From: Dehalococcoidia bacterium
GTDB taxonomy: Bacteria > Chloroflexota > Dehalococcoidia > Bin125
Direction of reading: 5' to 3'
Assembly: GCA_965237475.1 (NCBI GenBank)
Contig: OZ250140.1
Location: forward strand, 2,671,399-2,735,398
Length of the DNA: 64,000 nucleotides
Part shown: piece by piece, positions 47,733 to 56,878 of the stretch
How positions within the stretch are numbered: position 1 is the stretch's first letter
Layout: each line of letters opens with the position of its first letter
Made by a program: the position numbers and the translations under genes
Notes under the pieces: model-generated
The model's input: only the letters and a program-made list of their open reading frames with translations
Databases searched by the model: none
What the model was told of the DNA's origin: nothing

Positions 47733-48120
47733 GGGGGAGATGTCACGGAGTGGCAGAGGGGGGCGCCCCGCGCTGCCGCCGGTGTACCGCGTGGAAGCCC
47801 CCCTCTGCCTGCGGCATCTCCCCCCGCCGAGCGGGGGGAGAGGGGAAATGGGGACTACGCGCAGGTCCCCTCGGGGGTGAAGGGATCCGGATTCCGTTGA
47901 GCACTCAATGTGCTCAACGGGGGAGAGCTGTCGCGCAGCGACTGAGGGGGAGGGCGGAAGGCTGATTAGACGCCAAGCCGCGCACGGTAACGCCGGCTGA
48001 GCGCGACGCACTCCCCCTCTGCCTGCGGCATCTCCCCCTCAGGGGGCGAGATTGGGAAGGGATCGGATGCCCCTGAACACATTGGGTGGTCAAGGGGGAT
48101 CCGACTTGTTCAGAGCGTTC
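47733..48120. mobile_element. Partial relative of the composite MITE at 40878-41320
   Basis: ~47795-48120 parallels ~41013-41320, including the inner end TACGCGCAGGTCCC and the outer end TTGTTCAGAGCGTTC|CTAG; no left end found. Confidence 0.7.
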
Positions 48121-49383
48121 CTAGGTCAGCGCGTCGGCGATGGCGAGTTGGGCGATCTGTTCATCGTCGTAGCCGAGAATCTCGTGCAGCACCAGGTCGT
48201 TATCTCGGCCGATCGTGGGCGCCGCGCTGCGGTAGCTCGGCGGCGTGTCGGAGAGGTAGCCCTTGGCCGCCTCGACGACGGTCTGCCCGTGCACCGGATG
48301 ATCGAGCGTTACGAAGTGCCCGCGGTGCTGAAGCTGCAGATCGGCGATGCATGAGGTGCTGTTCTGGACCGCGTGCGCCGGGACGTTGATGGCCTGCAGG
48401 ATGCGCTCCGTCTCGAACGCCGAGCGGCCCGCGCACCACTCGGAGAGCAGCGCGTTCAGCTCATCGGCTGCGGCCAGGCGCGATTCGGCGCCCGCATAGC
48501 GGGGATCATCGGCCAGGCCGGACTGTCCCAGCGCCATGCAGAGGCGCGACCAGTCGGCGTTGTCGCGCACCGCGATCGCGACCCACTCGTCGTCGCCGAT
48601 GCATTCGTAGACGCCGTGCGGCGCCATCTGCCGGTCCACATTGCCGACAAGCTCGGGCACGTGGCCGTTGACGGTGTAGTCGAGCAGCGCCGTGCTCATG
48701 AAGTGCAGCGAGGATTCGGCCTGCGCCTGATCGATGTAGCAGCCCTCACCGGTGCGGTCGCGATGGTCCAGCGCGGCCAGAATCGCGGGTACCGCGAAGC
48801 GCGGACTGAGGTAATCGGTATAGGCGGAATACGGTCCGGCGGGGTCGTCGCCCGGCTCGCCGGCCAGTGCGATGAAGCCGCCGATCGCCGCGCCCATCGT
48901 GCCGAAACCGGCGACGTTCGAGAGCGGCCCATCCTGGCCGAACAGGCAGGTGCTGAGCATGATCAGGTCGGGCCGCAGCTCGCGGAGTGATTCGTAGTCC
49001 ATCCCCCAGCCGCGCATCGCGCGGGGCGAAAACGACTCGCAGAGCACGTCGCACCAGCGAATCAGGTCCAGCAGCACGCCGCGGCCCTGCTCGGTCGCCA
49101 GGTTGAGCGACAGCCCGAGCTTGTTCACGTTCATGTTGCCGAACAGGCCCGAATGGTCGAGCCCCTGGGCGTTGTTGTGGAAGGGCCCGATCCCACGCGC
49201 CGTCTCGATCCGGTTGGCGCTCTCGATCCGGACCACCGTGGCGCCGAAGTCGGCCAGCAGACGGGTCGCAGTCGGCCCGGCGACCACCCACATCAGGTCG
49301 ACCACCTTGAGGCCCGCGAGCGCTCCCGACTGATCTTGCATGGCTGCTTGCGTGTTGGTTTGCATGTTGGACTGCGTGGTCAC
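48121..49383 (-). CDS. Family III (CaiB/BaiF) CoA-transferase, BbsF-like subunit
   Basis: GP...LAD.GA.V..IE, N.NK, D...E.F.P, catalytic Asp region YTDY, AP.IG.DN. Confidence 0.92.
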   Translation of the reverse strand: MTTQSNMQTNTQAAMQDQSGALAGLKVVDLMWVVAGPTATRLLADFGATVVRIESANRIETARGIGPFHNNAQGLDHSGLFGNMNVNKLGLSLNLATEQGRGVLLDLIRWCDVLCESFSPRAMRGWGMDYESLRELRPDLIMLSTCLFGQDGPLSNVAGFGTMGAAIGGFIALAGEPGDDPAGPYSAYTDYLSPRFAVPAILAALDHRDRTGEGCYIDQAQAESSLHFMSTALLDYTVNGHVPELVGNVDRQMAPHGVYECIGDDEWVAIAVRDNADWSRLCMALGQSGLADDPRYAGAESRLAAADELNALLSEWCAGRSAFETERILQAINVPAHAVQNSTSCIADLQLQHRGHFVTLDHPVHGQTVVEAAKGYLSDTPPSYRSAAPTIGRDNDLVLHEILGYDDEQIAQLAIADALT

Positions 49384-50621
49384 TAGATCACCCCCTCCGC
49401 GCTCAGTGCGGTCAGTTGATCGGTGTCGATTCCGAGCTCGCCGTAGACCTCGGCGTTGTGCTCACCCAGCGTCGGCGCGCGGCGGCGGTAGCTGATCGGC
49501 TTGGTTGAGAGCCGAACGAACGGCCCCGGAAAGCTGACCGGCCCGTCCCAGCCAGGCAGCTCGTGCGTCTGCCAGAAATTGCGGGCCGCAAACTGCTCGC
49601 TTCCGGCCACCTCGTCGACGGTGGTGACCGGGACGATCAGCAGGCCGCGCGAACGGGCCTCAGCGAACAGCTCGGCGCGGGTGCGTTTCGCGATGAACTC
49701 GCCGACCACGCCGAGCAGCCGGTCCCATTCGCTGAGCGGCACTTCGCCGCTGAGGAACAGCGCGCCGAGACCAATCCAGTCAAGGTCGCGGTCGGCCTGG
49801 TCGCATTCGCCCTCGTCGAACATCCAGTTCATCAGGCGCTGTGAGAAGGGGCCGATGCCGGTGCCGAAGAAGAACGTGAGCGAGATGTGCCCGTCGAGCG
49901 CGCGCCAGATTAGCTTGCCGCGGAACGGTCCGACGACCATCCCGCCGGCCACGCGCTGCGTCTCGACCGCGCCGATCCCGGCCGAAACGATGGTCGACAT
50001 CGTCGCCGCGGCGACCGCTTGCTGGGCGGAGATATCAACGTGCTGACCGCGTCCCGTCGAGCGCCGCGCGTGCAGCGCGACGAGCGCCGCGGAGGCGGCC
50101 TCGCCCGAAGCGTGATGCCAGGCCTGCGGCACCGATACCCGCACCGGCTCCCGGCCCGCGTCGCCGGCCAGAATCAGCGGGCCGCCGGCCGCCATCAGAA
50201 TCAGGTCCGTCGCCTCATACGTGGCCTTCGGCCCGTCCTGCCCGAACCCGCTGATCGAGACGTAGATCAGATTCTCGTTCAGCGCGCGCAGGTCCTCGAA
50301 CCCCAGCCCGCGTGAGGCCATCAGCCCCGGCGTCTCCGACTCGATCACGAAGTCGGTCGTCGCCGCGAGCCGTCGGACCAGGTCCTGCCCGGCGGCCGTG
50401 TCGAGGTCGCAGCTGATCCCGCGTCGGTTGCGCGCGTAGGCCCACCAATAGAGCGATCGATCGGGGTCGGCCTCGTCGCCCGCGAACGGCGCCAGATTGC
50501 GCGCGGGCGAGCCGCCGGGCGGCTCGACGACGATCACATCCGCGCCGAGGTCGGCGAGGATCTGGCCGGCGAGCAGGCCGCGTTCGTTGCTCAGATCCAG
50601 CACTCGGTAGGGGCTTAGCAT
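49383..50621 (-). CDS. Family III CoA-transferase, BbsE-like subunit
   Basis: LADLGADV..VEPPGG, SISGFGQDGP, G.GQHVDIS, APTLGEHN; no Asp at the catalytic position (PQAWHHA). Confidence 0.92.
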   Translation of the reverse strand: MLSPYRVLDLSNERGLLAGQILADLGADVIVVEPPGGSPARNLAPFAGDEADPDRSLYWWAYARNRRGISCDLDTAAGQDLVRRLAATTDFVIESETPGLMASRGLGFEDLRALNENLIYVSISGFGQDGPKATYEATDLILMAAGGPLILAGDAGREPVRVSVPQAWHHASGEAASAALVALHARRSTGRGQHVDISAQQAVAAATMSTIVSAGIGAVETQRVAGGMVVGPFRGKLIWRALDGHISLTFFFGTGIGPFSQRLMNWMFDEGECDQADRDLDWIGLGALFLSGEVPLSEWDRLLGVVGEFIAKRTRAELFAEARSRGLLIVPVTTVDEVAGSEQFAARNFWQTHELPGWDGPVSFPGPFVRLSTKPISYRRRAPTLGEHNAEVYGELGIDTDQLTALSAEGVI

Positions 50622-50711
50622 CGCGGCGCCTTCTTCCCAAGCAGTTCCCAAGCAGTTCCTGACCAGCTCTCGACCAGCCTTGACAGCGCGAATCGTACCG
50701 CGCGCTCAGCG

Positions 50712-51791
50712 CTATTGCAGCGCGCCCGCCGCGGCGATCGTCCAGCTCGCCTCAACATCATCGCCGCGATGCGCGTGCAGCGTGCGGTGCAGCAGCATCG
50801 TCGAGTCGGAGTAGTGCGGAATCAGCCGCACGCGGTCGCCCGGCTGCACCACGGCGCCGTGAGCAAGCGCCAGATGCGTGTGCTCGGCGCTGAGTCCGAC
50901 GCAGCGAATCCCGTCGGGCGCGACGACCTGCGGCAGGCCGGTGTGCCGCCCCGTCGATTTCCAGCCCGCGTCGGCGGCCGCCCGACCGGACGCGGCGGCG
51001 CTCACGACCTGGGCCGACAGCGACAGCGCCCGCTGGTGTCCCGCCACGCCCATCGACTCGTAGGTCAGGTCCATCAGCACCGCGCCTCCGGCCTGTAGCT
51101 CGGTGAGCATGCCCTGCTGCAGCACGAAGCGGTAGTTGCCGCTGCCGCCGCCGCTGAGCACGCCGACCTCGATGCCCGCGGCTTCGACATCACGACGTGC
51201 GCGACTCAGCAGCTCGCCCGAGATCCGGGTTTGCCGCTCCTTCTCCTCCGGCTCCAGGCCCATCACGTGACCCTCGTAGCCCATCAGCCCGCGCAGCCGG
51301 ACGCCCTCAAGCTCGCCGGCCAGCAGGCAGAGCGCCGCCGCATCGGACGGGTCGACCCCACAGCGGTGCAGATTCACGTCCACATCAACCAGGACATCGA
51401 CGGTGACGCCGGCTGCGACCGCCTGCCCTGCGATCATCCTCAGATTCGCGTCATCGTCGACCGCCACGCAGATCGTCGCTGCGCGCGCCAGGCCGACGAG
51501 CCGTCCGACCTTCTCTTGCCCGACGACCTCGTTGGCGATCAGGATGTCGTCGAGGCCGCCGGCGACCATCGCCTCAGCCTCCGAGACCTTGGCGCAGGTG
51601 ATCCCCACCGCCCCGCAGCCCACGACGATCCGCGCCAGCTCCGGGGTCTTGCAGGCCTTCACGTGCGGACGCCAGGCGAGCCCTGCGTCGGCGCAGCGCG
51701 CGGCCATGTGCCGCGCGTTGTGTTCGACGGCGTCGAGGTCGACGAGTAGGGCTGGGGTATCGAGTTGGTCGATTTGGTTGGGAGTGGTCAT
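50712..51791 (-). CDS. D-threonine aldolase / DSD1 family PLP enzyme
   Basis: DTPAL.VD, RPH.K, RCGV, GLMGYEGH, DAG.K, LSAEH. Confidence 0.9.
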   Translation of the reverse strand: MTTPNQIDQLDTPALLVDLDAVEHNARHMAARCADAGLAWRPHVKACKTPELARIVVGCGAVGITCAKVSEAEAMVAGGLDDILIANEVVGQEKVGRLVGLARAATICVAVDDDANLRMIAGQAVAAGVTVDVLVDVDVNLHRCGVDPSDAAALCLLAGELEGVRLRGLMGYEGHVMGLEPEEKERQTRISGELLSRARRDVEAAGIEVGVLSGGGSGNYRFVLQQGMLTELQAGGAVLMDLTYESMGVAGHQRALSLSAQVVSAAASGRAAADAGWKSTGRHTGLPQVVAPDGIRCVGLSAEHTHLALAHGAVVQPGDRVRLIPHYSDSTMLLHRTLHAHRGDDVEASWTIAAAGALQ

Positions 51792-51833
51792 TGCGCGAGG
51801 ATACGGTTTGACAGCGAAGTGGAGGCGATTGCG

Positions 51834-52568
51834 ATGACGTTTGTGACCGTGAACGGGGTAAGGCTGTTCTACCACGAGCAGGGCGATCCGAGCCAGCCGA
51901 CCGTGCTGTTCGTGCATGGGACGCAGGGCAACGCGTCCGCCTGGTCGGACACGATCGACGCGCTCAGCGACCGATTTCATTGCCTGGCGCTGAATCACCG
52001 CGGGCGAGCGCCCTCGGAGGGGCCCGATGATCCGTCGGCCTACCGGATCGAGAACTTCGCCGACGATCTGGCCGCGTTCGTTGAGCAGCAGGGCGTGCAG
52101 AGCTTCAGCATGATCGGGTGGTCGCTGGGCGTGCGCACGTCGCTGAGTTATCTGGAGCGTCACGGACAGGAGCGGGTGCGCTCGCTGATCACCGTGGGCG
52201 GTCCGCCGTCACCGCGCTTCGGCGGCCAGGCGTTGCAAGCGCCGAACCGGGATCGCGAGCTGGAGCCGCATCGTTGGGGTGAGACGTTCGAGCCGATCAC
52301 GGGGGTCTGCTGGGAGGGCTCGCACGCCTCGCGCGCGAGTTGCGACCTCGAGTGGTTCCTCCCGGAGGTTGCAATCCCGGTCGGCATCTTCCACGGGCGG
52401 CTGGATCCGATTGCGCCGTTTGCGGCTGCGGAGGCGATGGCGGAGGCGATTCCTGGGTCGGAGCTGCACCCGTTCGAGGAGAGCGGCCACGCGCCGCTCG
52501 TCACCGAGCCCGAACTCTTCCTCGACCGCGCCGTCAGCTTTCTCAGCGCCACGGCGACGGCAATCTAG
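51834..52568 (+). CDS. Alpha/beta hydrolase
   Basis: FVHG, GWSLG nucleophile elbow, G..D, SGH. Confidence 0.92.
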   Translation: MTFVTVNGVRLFYHEQGDPSQPTVLFVHGTQGNASAWSDTIDALSDRFHCLALNHRGRAPSEGPDDPSAYRIENFADDLAAFVEQQGVQSFSMIGWSLGVRTSLSYLERHGQERVRSLITVGGPPSPRFGGQALQAPNRDRELEPHRWGETFEPITGVCWEGSHASRASCDLEWFLPEVAIPVGIFHGRLDPIAPFAAAEAMAEAIPGSELHPFEESGHAPLVTEPELFLDRAVSFLSATATAI

Positions 52569-53113
52569 GGCTCGATGAAGATGATCTTGACGGGGAAGGT
52601 CGGAAACTGGCGCTGCAGTCCGATGATGTCCGCGACGAGCATTTCGCCACGGCCAACGCCGGAGGACATCTCGGCGGCCAGCCGGAACGAGGGCACGATC
52701 TCGACGCCGACATCGGCCTCATTCTGGCGGTAGAAGTACTCGAGCTTCGCCATGTCGTAGAACATCGCGAAGTACTTGCCGAGCTGGACCTCGATCAGCA
52801 CGCGGTCCTTGGCGAAGTCGATCTGTTTATCGCCGCCACGGATCTCGGACGTATCCCAACCCGGGATCTCGATCTTCACGCGCCGCTTCAATTCGCTGAA
52901 GCCGCGGGACGTGAACTCGCGCTTGAACGCAGCGTTCATCGCCTTGGGGTTGTACAGCAGGCGGTTTCCTCGCGACTTTTCGCGGCTGACCTTGGTCCTG
53001 AAGTCGGAGCCCGTGGCGACGATCGCGTCGTTTACCTGGGCGTCCAGCTCCGGAAAGCGGAGGGCGAGAATCTCTGCGCCGCCGAGATGGGAGTAGGCGT
53101 GGACGACGCGCAT
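52565..53113 (-). CDS. BglII/BstYI family type II restriction endonuclease
   Basis: QIDFAKDRV.IEVQ.GKY..M.YD..K, VG.EI.P, MSSGV. Confidence 0.85.
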   Translation of the reverse strand: MRVVHAYSHLGGAEILALRFPELDAQVNDAIVATGSDFRTKVSREKSRGNRLLYNPKAMNAAFKREFTSRGFSELKRRVKIEIPGWDTSEIRGGDKQIDFAKDRVLIEVQLGKYFAMFYDMAKLEYFYRQNEADVGVEIVPSFRLAAEMSSGVGRGEMLVADIIGLQRQFPTFPVKIIFIEP

Positions 53114-53123
53114 GGATCTTCGC

Positions 53124-54008
53124 CTACAGCAGCGGACGCGTGATCGGCCGCGGGGGCTGGTAGACGGGGCGCGTCATCGGACGAGTGCGCAGACTCCCGT
53201 TCCACGCAGCCTCAATTCGCTCGACGCCGATGCGGTGGTAGTCGGGGTCAAGCTCCGCTCCGGCGGCGCGTCGGCCATGCCGGATCGCGCCAACTGCTGC
53301 TGATGCAACGCCCATGTATGGGTCGAGCACCAAGTCGCCCGGCTCGGTCATCGAAAGCACGAGTCGCTCGACGAGTTCGACCGGGAACTGGCAGGGGTGC
53401 TCGGTCTTCTCGACGTGGTTGTTCTTGACGTTGGGGAAGATCCAGACATCGCCCGGATTCTTTCCAAGCGGATTGCCGGAAAGCTGGCCCGCGCGCGGGC
53501 CTTTGAAGTGGCGCTTATTCGGGTACTTCTGCGGCACGCGGATCGCGTCGACGTCGAAGACGTAACCGTCTGACTTCGTGAACCACGAAATCGTTTCGTA
53601 GCGGCCCGAGAAGCGCTTCGTGCAGTGCAGGCCATGTTCGAAGTGCCAGACGATGCGATTGCGCATCTTGAGACCGAGGCTGCGGAAGATGGGAAAGAGC
53701 AGCGCATCGAGCGGTACGATCTCGCCGTCGCGAACGTAGTTTCCGGTCTGCCAGCAGAGCGAGCCGTCGTGCGCCATCACGCGCACGCACTCTTCGATCA
53801 CCCGAGCCTGAGCCGCCACGTAGTCCTCAAGCGTGCGGCTCTCTTCGTAGGCCTTGCCGATGTTGTAGGGGGGCGAGGTGACGACCAGGCGGGCCGCGCC
53901 GGGTGGCATCATCGCGAGGAGGTCGAGGCAGTCGCCGCGCTGGAACGAGACCAGCGCGGCCGGGTCCCAGCGCAGTGAGAGGCGGGACGCCTCAGTCGCT
54001 GTTGTCAT
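53124..54008 (-). CDS. Beta-class N4-cytosine/N6-adenine DNA methyltransferase
   Basis: TSPPYN near the N-terminus; GKNPGDVW, HPCQFP and DPYMG near the C-terminus; directly upstream of the endonuclease. Confidence 0.93.
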   Translation of the reverse strand: MTTATEASRLSLRWDPAALVSFQRGDCLDLLAMMPPGAARLVVTSPPYNIGKAYEESRTLEDYVAAQARVIEECVRVMAHDGSLCWQTGNYVRDGEIVPLDALLFPIFRSLGLKMRNRIVWHFEHGLHCTKRFSGRYETISWFTKSDGYVFDVDAIRVPQKYPNKRHFKGPRAGQLSGNPLGKNPGDVWIFPNVKNNHVEKTEHPCQFPVELVERLVLSMTEPGDLVLDPYMGVASAAVGAIRHGRRAAGAELDPDYHRIGVERIEAAWNGSLRTRPMTRPVYQPPRPITRPLL

Positions 54009-54113
54009 TGGCCAACTCTCCGGCGGGGTCGGTCCCCGCTGACCAGACGGATGCTAGCACAACCGTTCGCGGTCGCTGCGCGGAGTCCGCGTTATGCGAA
54101 CCCGGACGGCAGG

Positions 54114-54860
54114 TCAGGCGTCCGCCGCTTCGTCTTCGCGGCCGGCGCGGTAGAAGTGGTGGTAGAGCGCGGCGGCGGCTACGGCGCCGATGGCGGGGCC
54201 GAGCACGTAGAGCCAGAACGAATCGAACGCGTTTGAGATCAGCGCCGGGCCGAAGGTCCGCGCCGGGTTGACCGACGCGCCGGTCATCGGCAGGGCGACG
54301 AGATGAATCAGCAGCACGGTGAGGCCGATCGCCGCCGGGGCCGCGACGCCGAAGCCCTTCTTCGACACGGCGGTCGCGAAGATCACCGAGACCAGCGCCG
54401 CCGTGAGGATGATCTCGATCAGCAGCGCGCCGCCGTCGCCGCCGACGATGCCGGTGTTGACCGCGTGAGCGCCGAAGTTGCTGAGATTGCCGATGTCGTC
54501 GATCACGATGACGTACAGCAGGGCGGTTGCCAACGCGGCGCCGACCAGCTGAGCCACCATGTACACCAGCCCGGGGCCGACCTTGATGTTCTTGGTCACG
54601 ATCATCGCCAACGACACCGCGGGGTTGATGTGGCCGCCGGAAATGTTGGCCGTCGCGTAGACCATCGTCGCGATGCCCAGCCCGTGTGCGATCGCGATGA
54701 CCAGCACGGCGGAGTTGGCGTCGATGCCGCTCGCGACCGCGCCGATCGCGGCGCCGGTTCCCATCAGCACGAACAGCATCGTGCCGAGCAATTCGGCGGT
54801 GTAGGCGCGGACGTTCGAGCCCGAGGCGATCTCGTCGAGCCCGAGTTCGAAGTCGTTCAC
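54114..54860 (-). CDS. Aquaporin (MIP family)
   Basis: SGGHINPAV and GASVNPART; six hydrophobic helices. Confidence 0.95.
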   Translation of the reverse strand: MNDFELGLDEIASGSNVRAYTAELLGTMLFVLMGTGAAIGAVASGIDANSAVLVIAIAHGLGIATMVYATANISGGHINPAVSLAMIVTKNIKVGPGLVYMVAQLVGAALATALLYVIVIDDIGNLSNFGAHAVNTGIVGGDGGALLIEIILTAALVSVIFATAVSKKGFGVAAPAAIGLTVLLIHLVALPMTGASVNPARTFGPALISNAFDSFWLYVLGPAIGAVAAAALYHHFYRAGREDEAADA

Positions 54861-54908
54861 TGCGGAAAGCCTCCCGTTCGCGCGGCTCGTGCGGCTGGAG
54901 GCCCGAGC

Positions 54909-55781
54909 TTAGTCGCCCACTTCGAGCGGCAGCGACGGATCGGCGGCCCACTCCGACATCGAGGCGTCATAGACGGCCACATCGTTGTAGCCCAGCAGCG
55001 AGAGCACGAACGCGTCGTTGCTCGCCGCGATCCCGCCACCGCAGTAGGTGATCACCCGCTCATGCGGCGTGGCCCCCACATCGGCGAACTGACCCGCCAG
55101 CGTTTCGGCATCCAGATAGGCCTTCGTGGCCGGATCGATCAGCTCCATCGACGGCACGTTCGAGCTGCCCGGGATGTGGCCAGCACGGCCATAGGTGCGC
55201 CCCTGGTCGGCCCCACTGTGCTGATCGCGGCCCAGCGCGTTGATCACGCAGGCGCCACCGTTCAGTGTCGCCACCATCTCCTCGCGATCGGCGAAGCGGG
55301 CGGCATCGAAGCGCGCCTCGAACGTCGTGGGCGCATAGCTCGCCGGCTCCGTCGCGACATCGCGCCCCTCCGTGATCCACTTGGTCCAGCCGCCGTCGAG
55401 CACGGCCGCGCGCTCACAGCCCATGGCGCGGAACATCCACCAGAGCCGCGCCGCCCACATGCTGCCGAGCCGGTCGTAGAGGACCAGGCGGTCGCCCGCG
55501 CTGATCCCATGGCGACCGGCGGCCTCCGCGAACGCGGTTTCGCCCGGCATCATGAAGCGCAGCCGCTGGTCGTTGTCGGAGAACTGCTGCTGCAGGTCGA
55601 GGAAGCCCGAGCGGGGGATGTGGCCCGACTGCCACTCGGCGACGCCGCCCTCGACCCGGTAGCCGCCGCCCTCGCGCGGGCGCAAGAACACGGTGCACTC
55701 GAACACGCGCAGGTCAGGATCGTCAAGATGCTCGGCGAGCCACTCGGTTGAAACCAGCAGTTCGGGGTTTGCGAAGGCCAT
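54909..55781 (-). CDS. Tandem-rhodanese sulfurtransferase (SseA-like)
   Basis: GHIP twice, AARLWW, YCGGGIAA, YD.S..EW. Confidence 0.93.
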   Translation of the reverse strand: MAFANPELLVSTEWLAEHLDDPDLRVFECTVFLRPREGGGYRVEGGVAEWQSGHIPRSGFLDLQQQFSDNDQRLRFMMPGETAFAEAAGRHGISAGDRLVLYDRLGSMWAARLWWMFRAMGCERAAVLDGGWTKWITEGRDVATEPASYAPTTFEARFDAARFADREEMVATLNGGACVINALGRDQHSGADQGRTYGRAGHIPGSSNVPSMELIDPATKAYLDAETLAGQFADVGATPHERVITYCGGGIAASNDAFVLSLLGYNDVAVYDASMSEWAADPSLPLEVGD

Positions 55782-55883
55782 GTTGGAACTCCTCTCGGGG
55801 CGGTTGATCGGACGACCGCGAGTTTAGCGATTATCCTGGCTTAGGCCTTCCGTTTCACCCACCATCCGGCCCCCGGAATCTCT

Positions 55884-56840
55884 ATGTACCTCAACACGTT
55901 CGCGCCGACCACGGCGTCCGTCGACATGACTCAGACCGACGAGTTTGCCAGCCTGCTCACGAGCGCTTCTGACCTGGGCATCCCGCACTCCGGCGAGGTG
56001 CGCTACGTCTCGCGCAACGTGGTGATCAATCACCTCCGGCTGCACCTGCTGGAATGGGGCGACCCCCAACACCAGCCGATCGTCCTGCTGCACGGCGCGA
56101 ATCAGTCGGCCCACTCCTGGGACCTCGTCTCGCTCAGCCTCGCCGACCGCTACCACATCTACGCGCTCGACCAACGCGGGCACGGCGACAGTGAGTGGGC
56201 CCGCGACGCCGAATACGGCCCCGAGCACATGGCCCGCGACGCGCTCAGCCTGATCGCCGAGGAGTCGATCGTCGACCCGATCGTGATCGGCCACTCGATG
56301 GGCGGGATGGTCACGATGCGCCTGACCGCGCTCGATCCGTCGCTGCCCAAGGCCGTCGGACTGGTCGACATCGGACCGGAAGTCTCACAACGCGGCGCGG
56401 AGACGATCCGCAACTTCGTGTTGCGCAACACCGAGTTCGACGAGCTCGACGAGTTCATCGACCGGGTCGTCGCCTACGACCCGTTCCGCTCCCGCGAGCA
56501 CATCGAGCGCACCGCCCGCTACAACCTCGTGCAGCGCTCCGACGGCCGCTACGTCAGCAAGTCCGACCGCATCCTGCACGACCCGGATTTTCGCCGTGGC
56601 GGACGATCAGGCTCCGAGCGCCAGGATGTCGCGCTGGGCTTCCACGCCTTCCCCGGACCGACGCTGCTGATCCGTGGCGAGCGCTCGAACATCCTCGAAG
56701 CGGAATCGGCCAAGCGGTTCGTCGCCGAGCTGCCCAACGCCGGGTTGGTTGAGGTCGCCGACTGCGGACACAACGTGCACTCGCAGAACACTCCGGGATT
56801 CCTCGCGGCGCTGAACCCCTGGCTCGGATCGATCGTCTGA
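55884..56840 (+). CDS. Alpha/beta hydrolase
   Basis: LLHG, DQRGHG.S, GHSMGG, RGE.S, GH.VH. Confidence 0.92.
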   Translation: MYLNTFAPTTASVDMTQTDEFASLLTSASDLGIPHSGEVRYVSRNVVINHLRLHLLEWGDPQHQPIVLLHGANQSAHSWDLVSLSLADRYHIYALDQRGHGDSEWARDAEYGPEHMARDALSLIAEESIVDPIVIGHSMGGMVTMRLTALDPSLPKAVGLVDIGPEVSQRGAETIRNFVLRNTEFDELDEFIDRVVAYDPFRSREHIERTARYNLVQRSDGRYVSKSDRILHDPDFRRGGRSGSERQDVALGFHAFPGPTLLIRGERSNILEAESAKRFVAELPNAGLVEVADCGHNVHSQNTPGFLAALNPWLGSIV

Positions 56841-56878
56841 CGCGCTCTGACCATGCGCCCCGCGGCTACACTGCTGCC

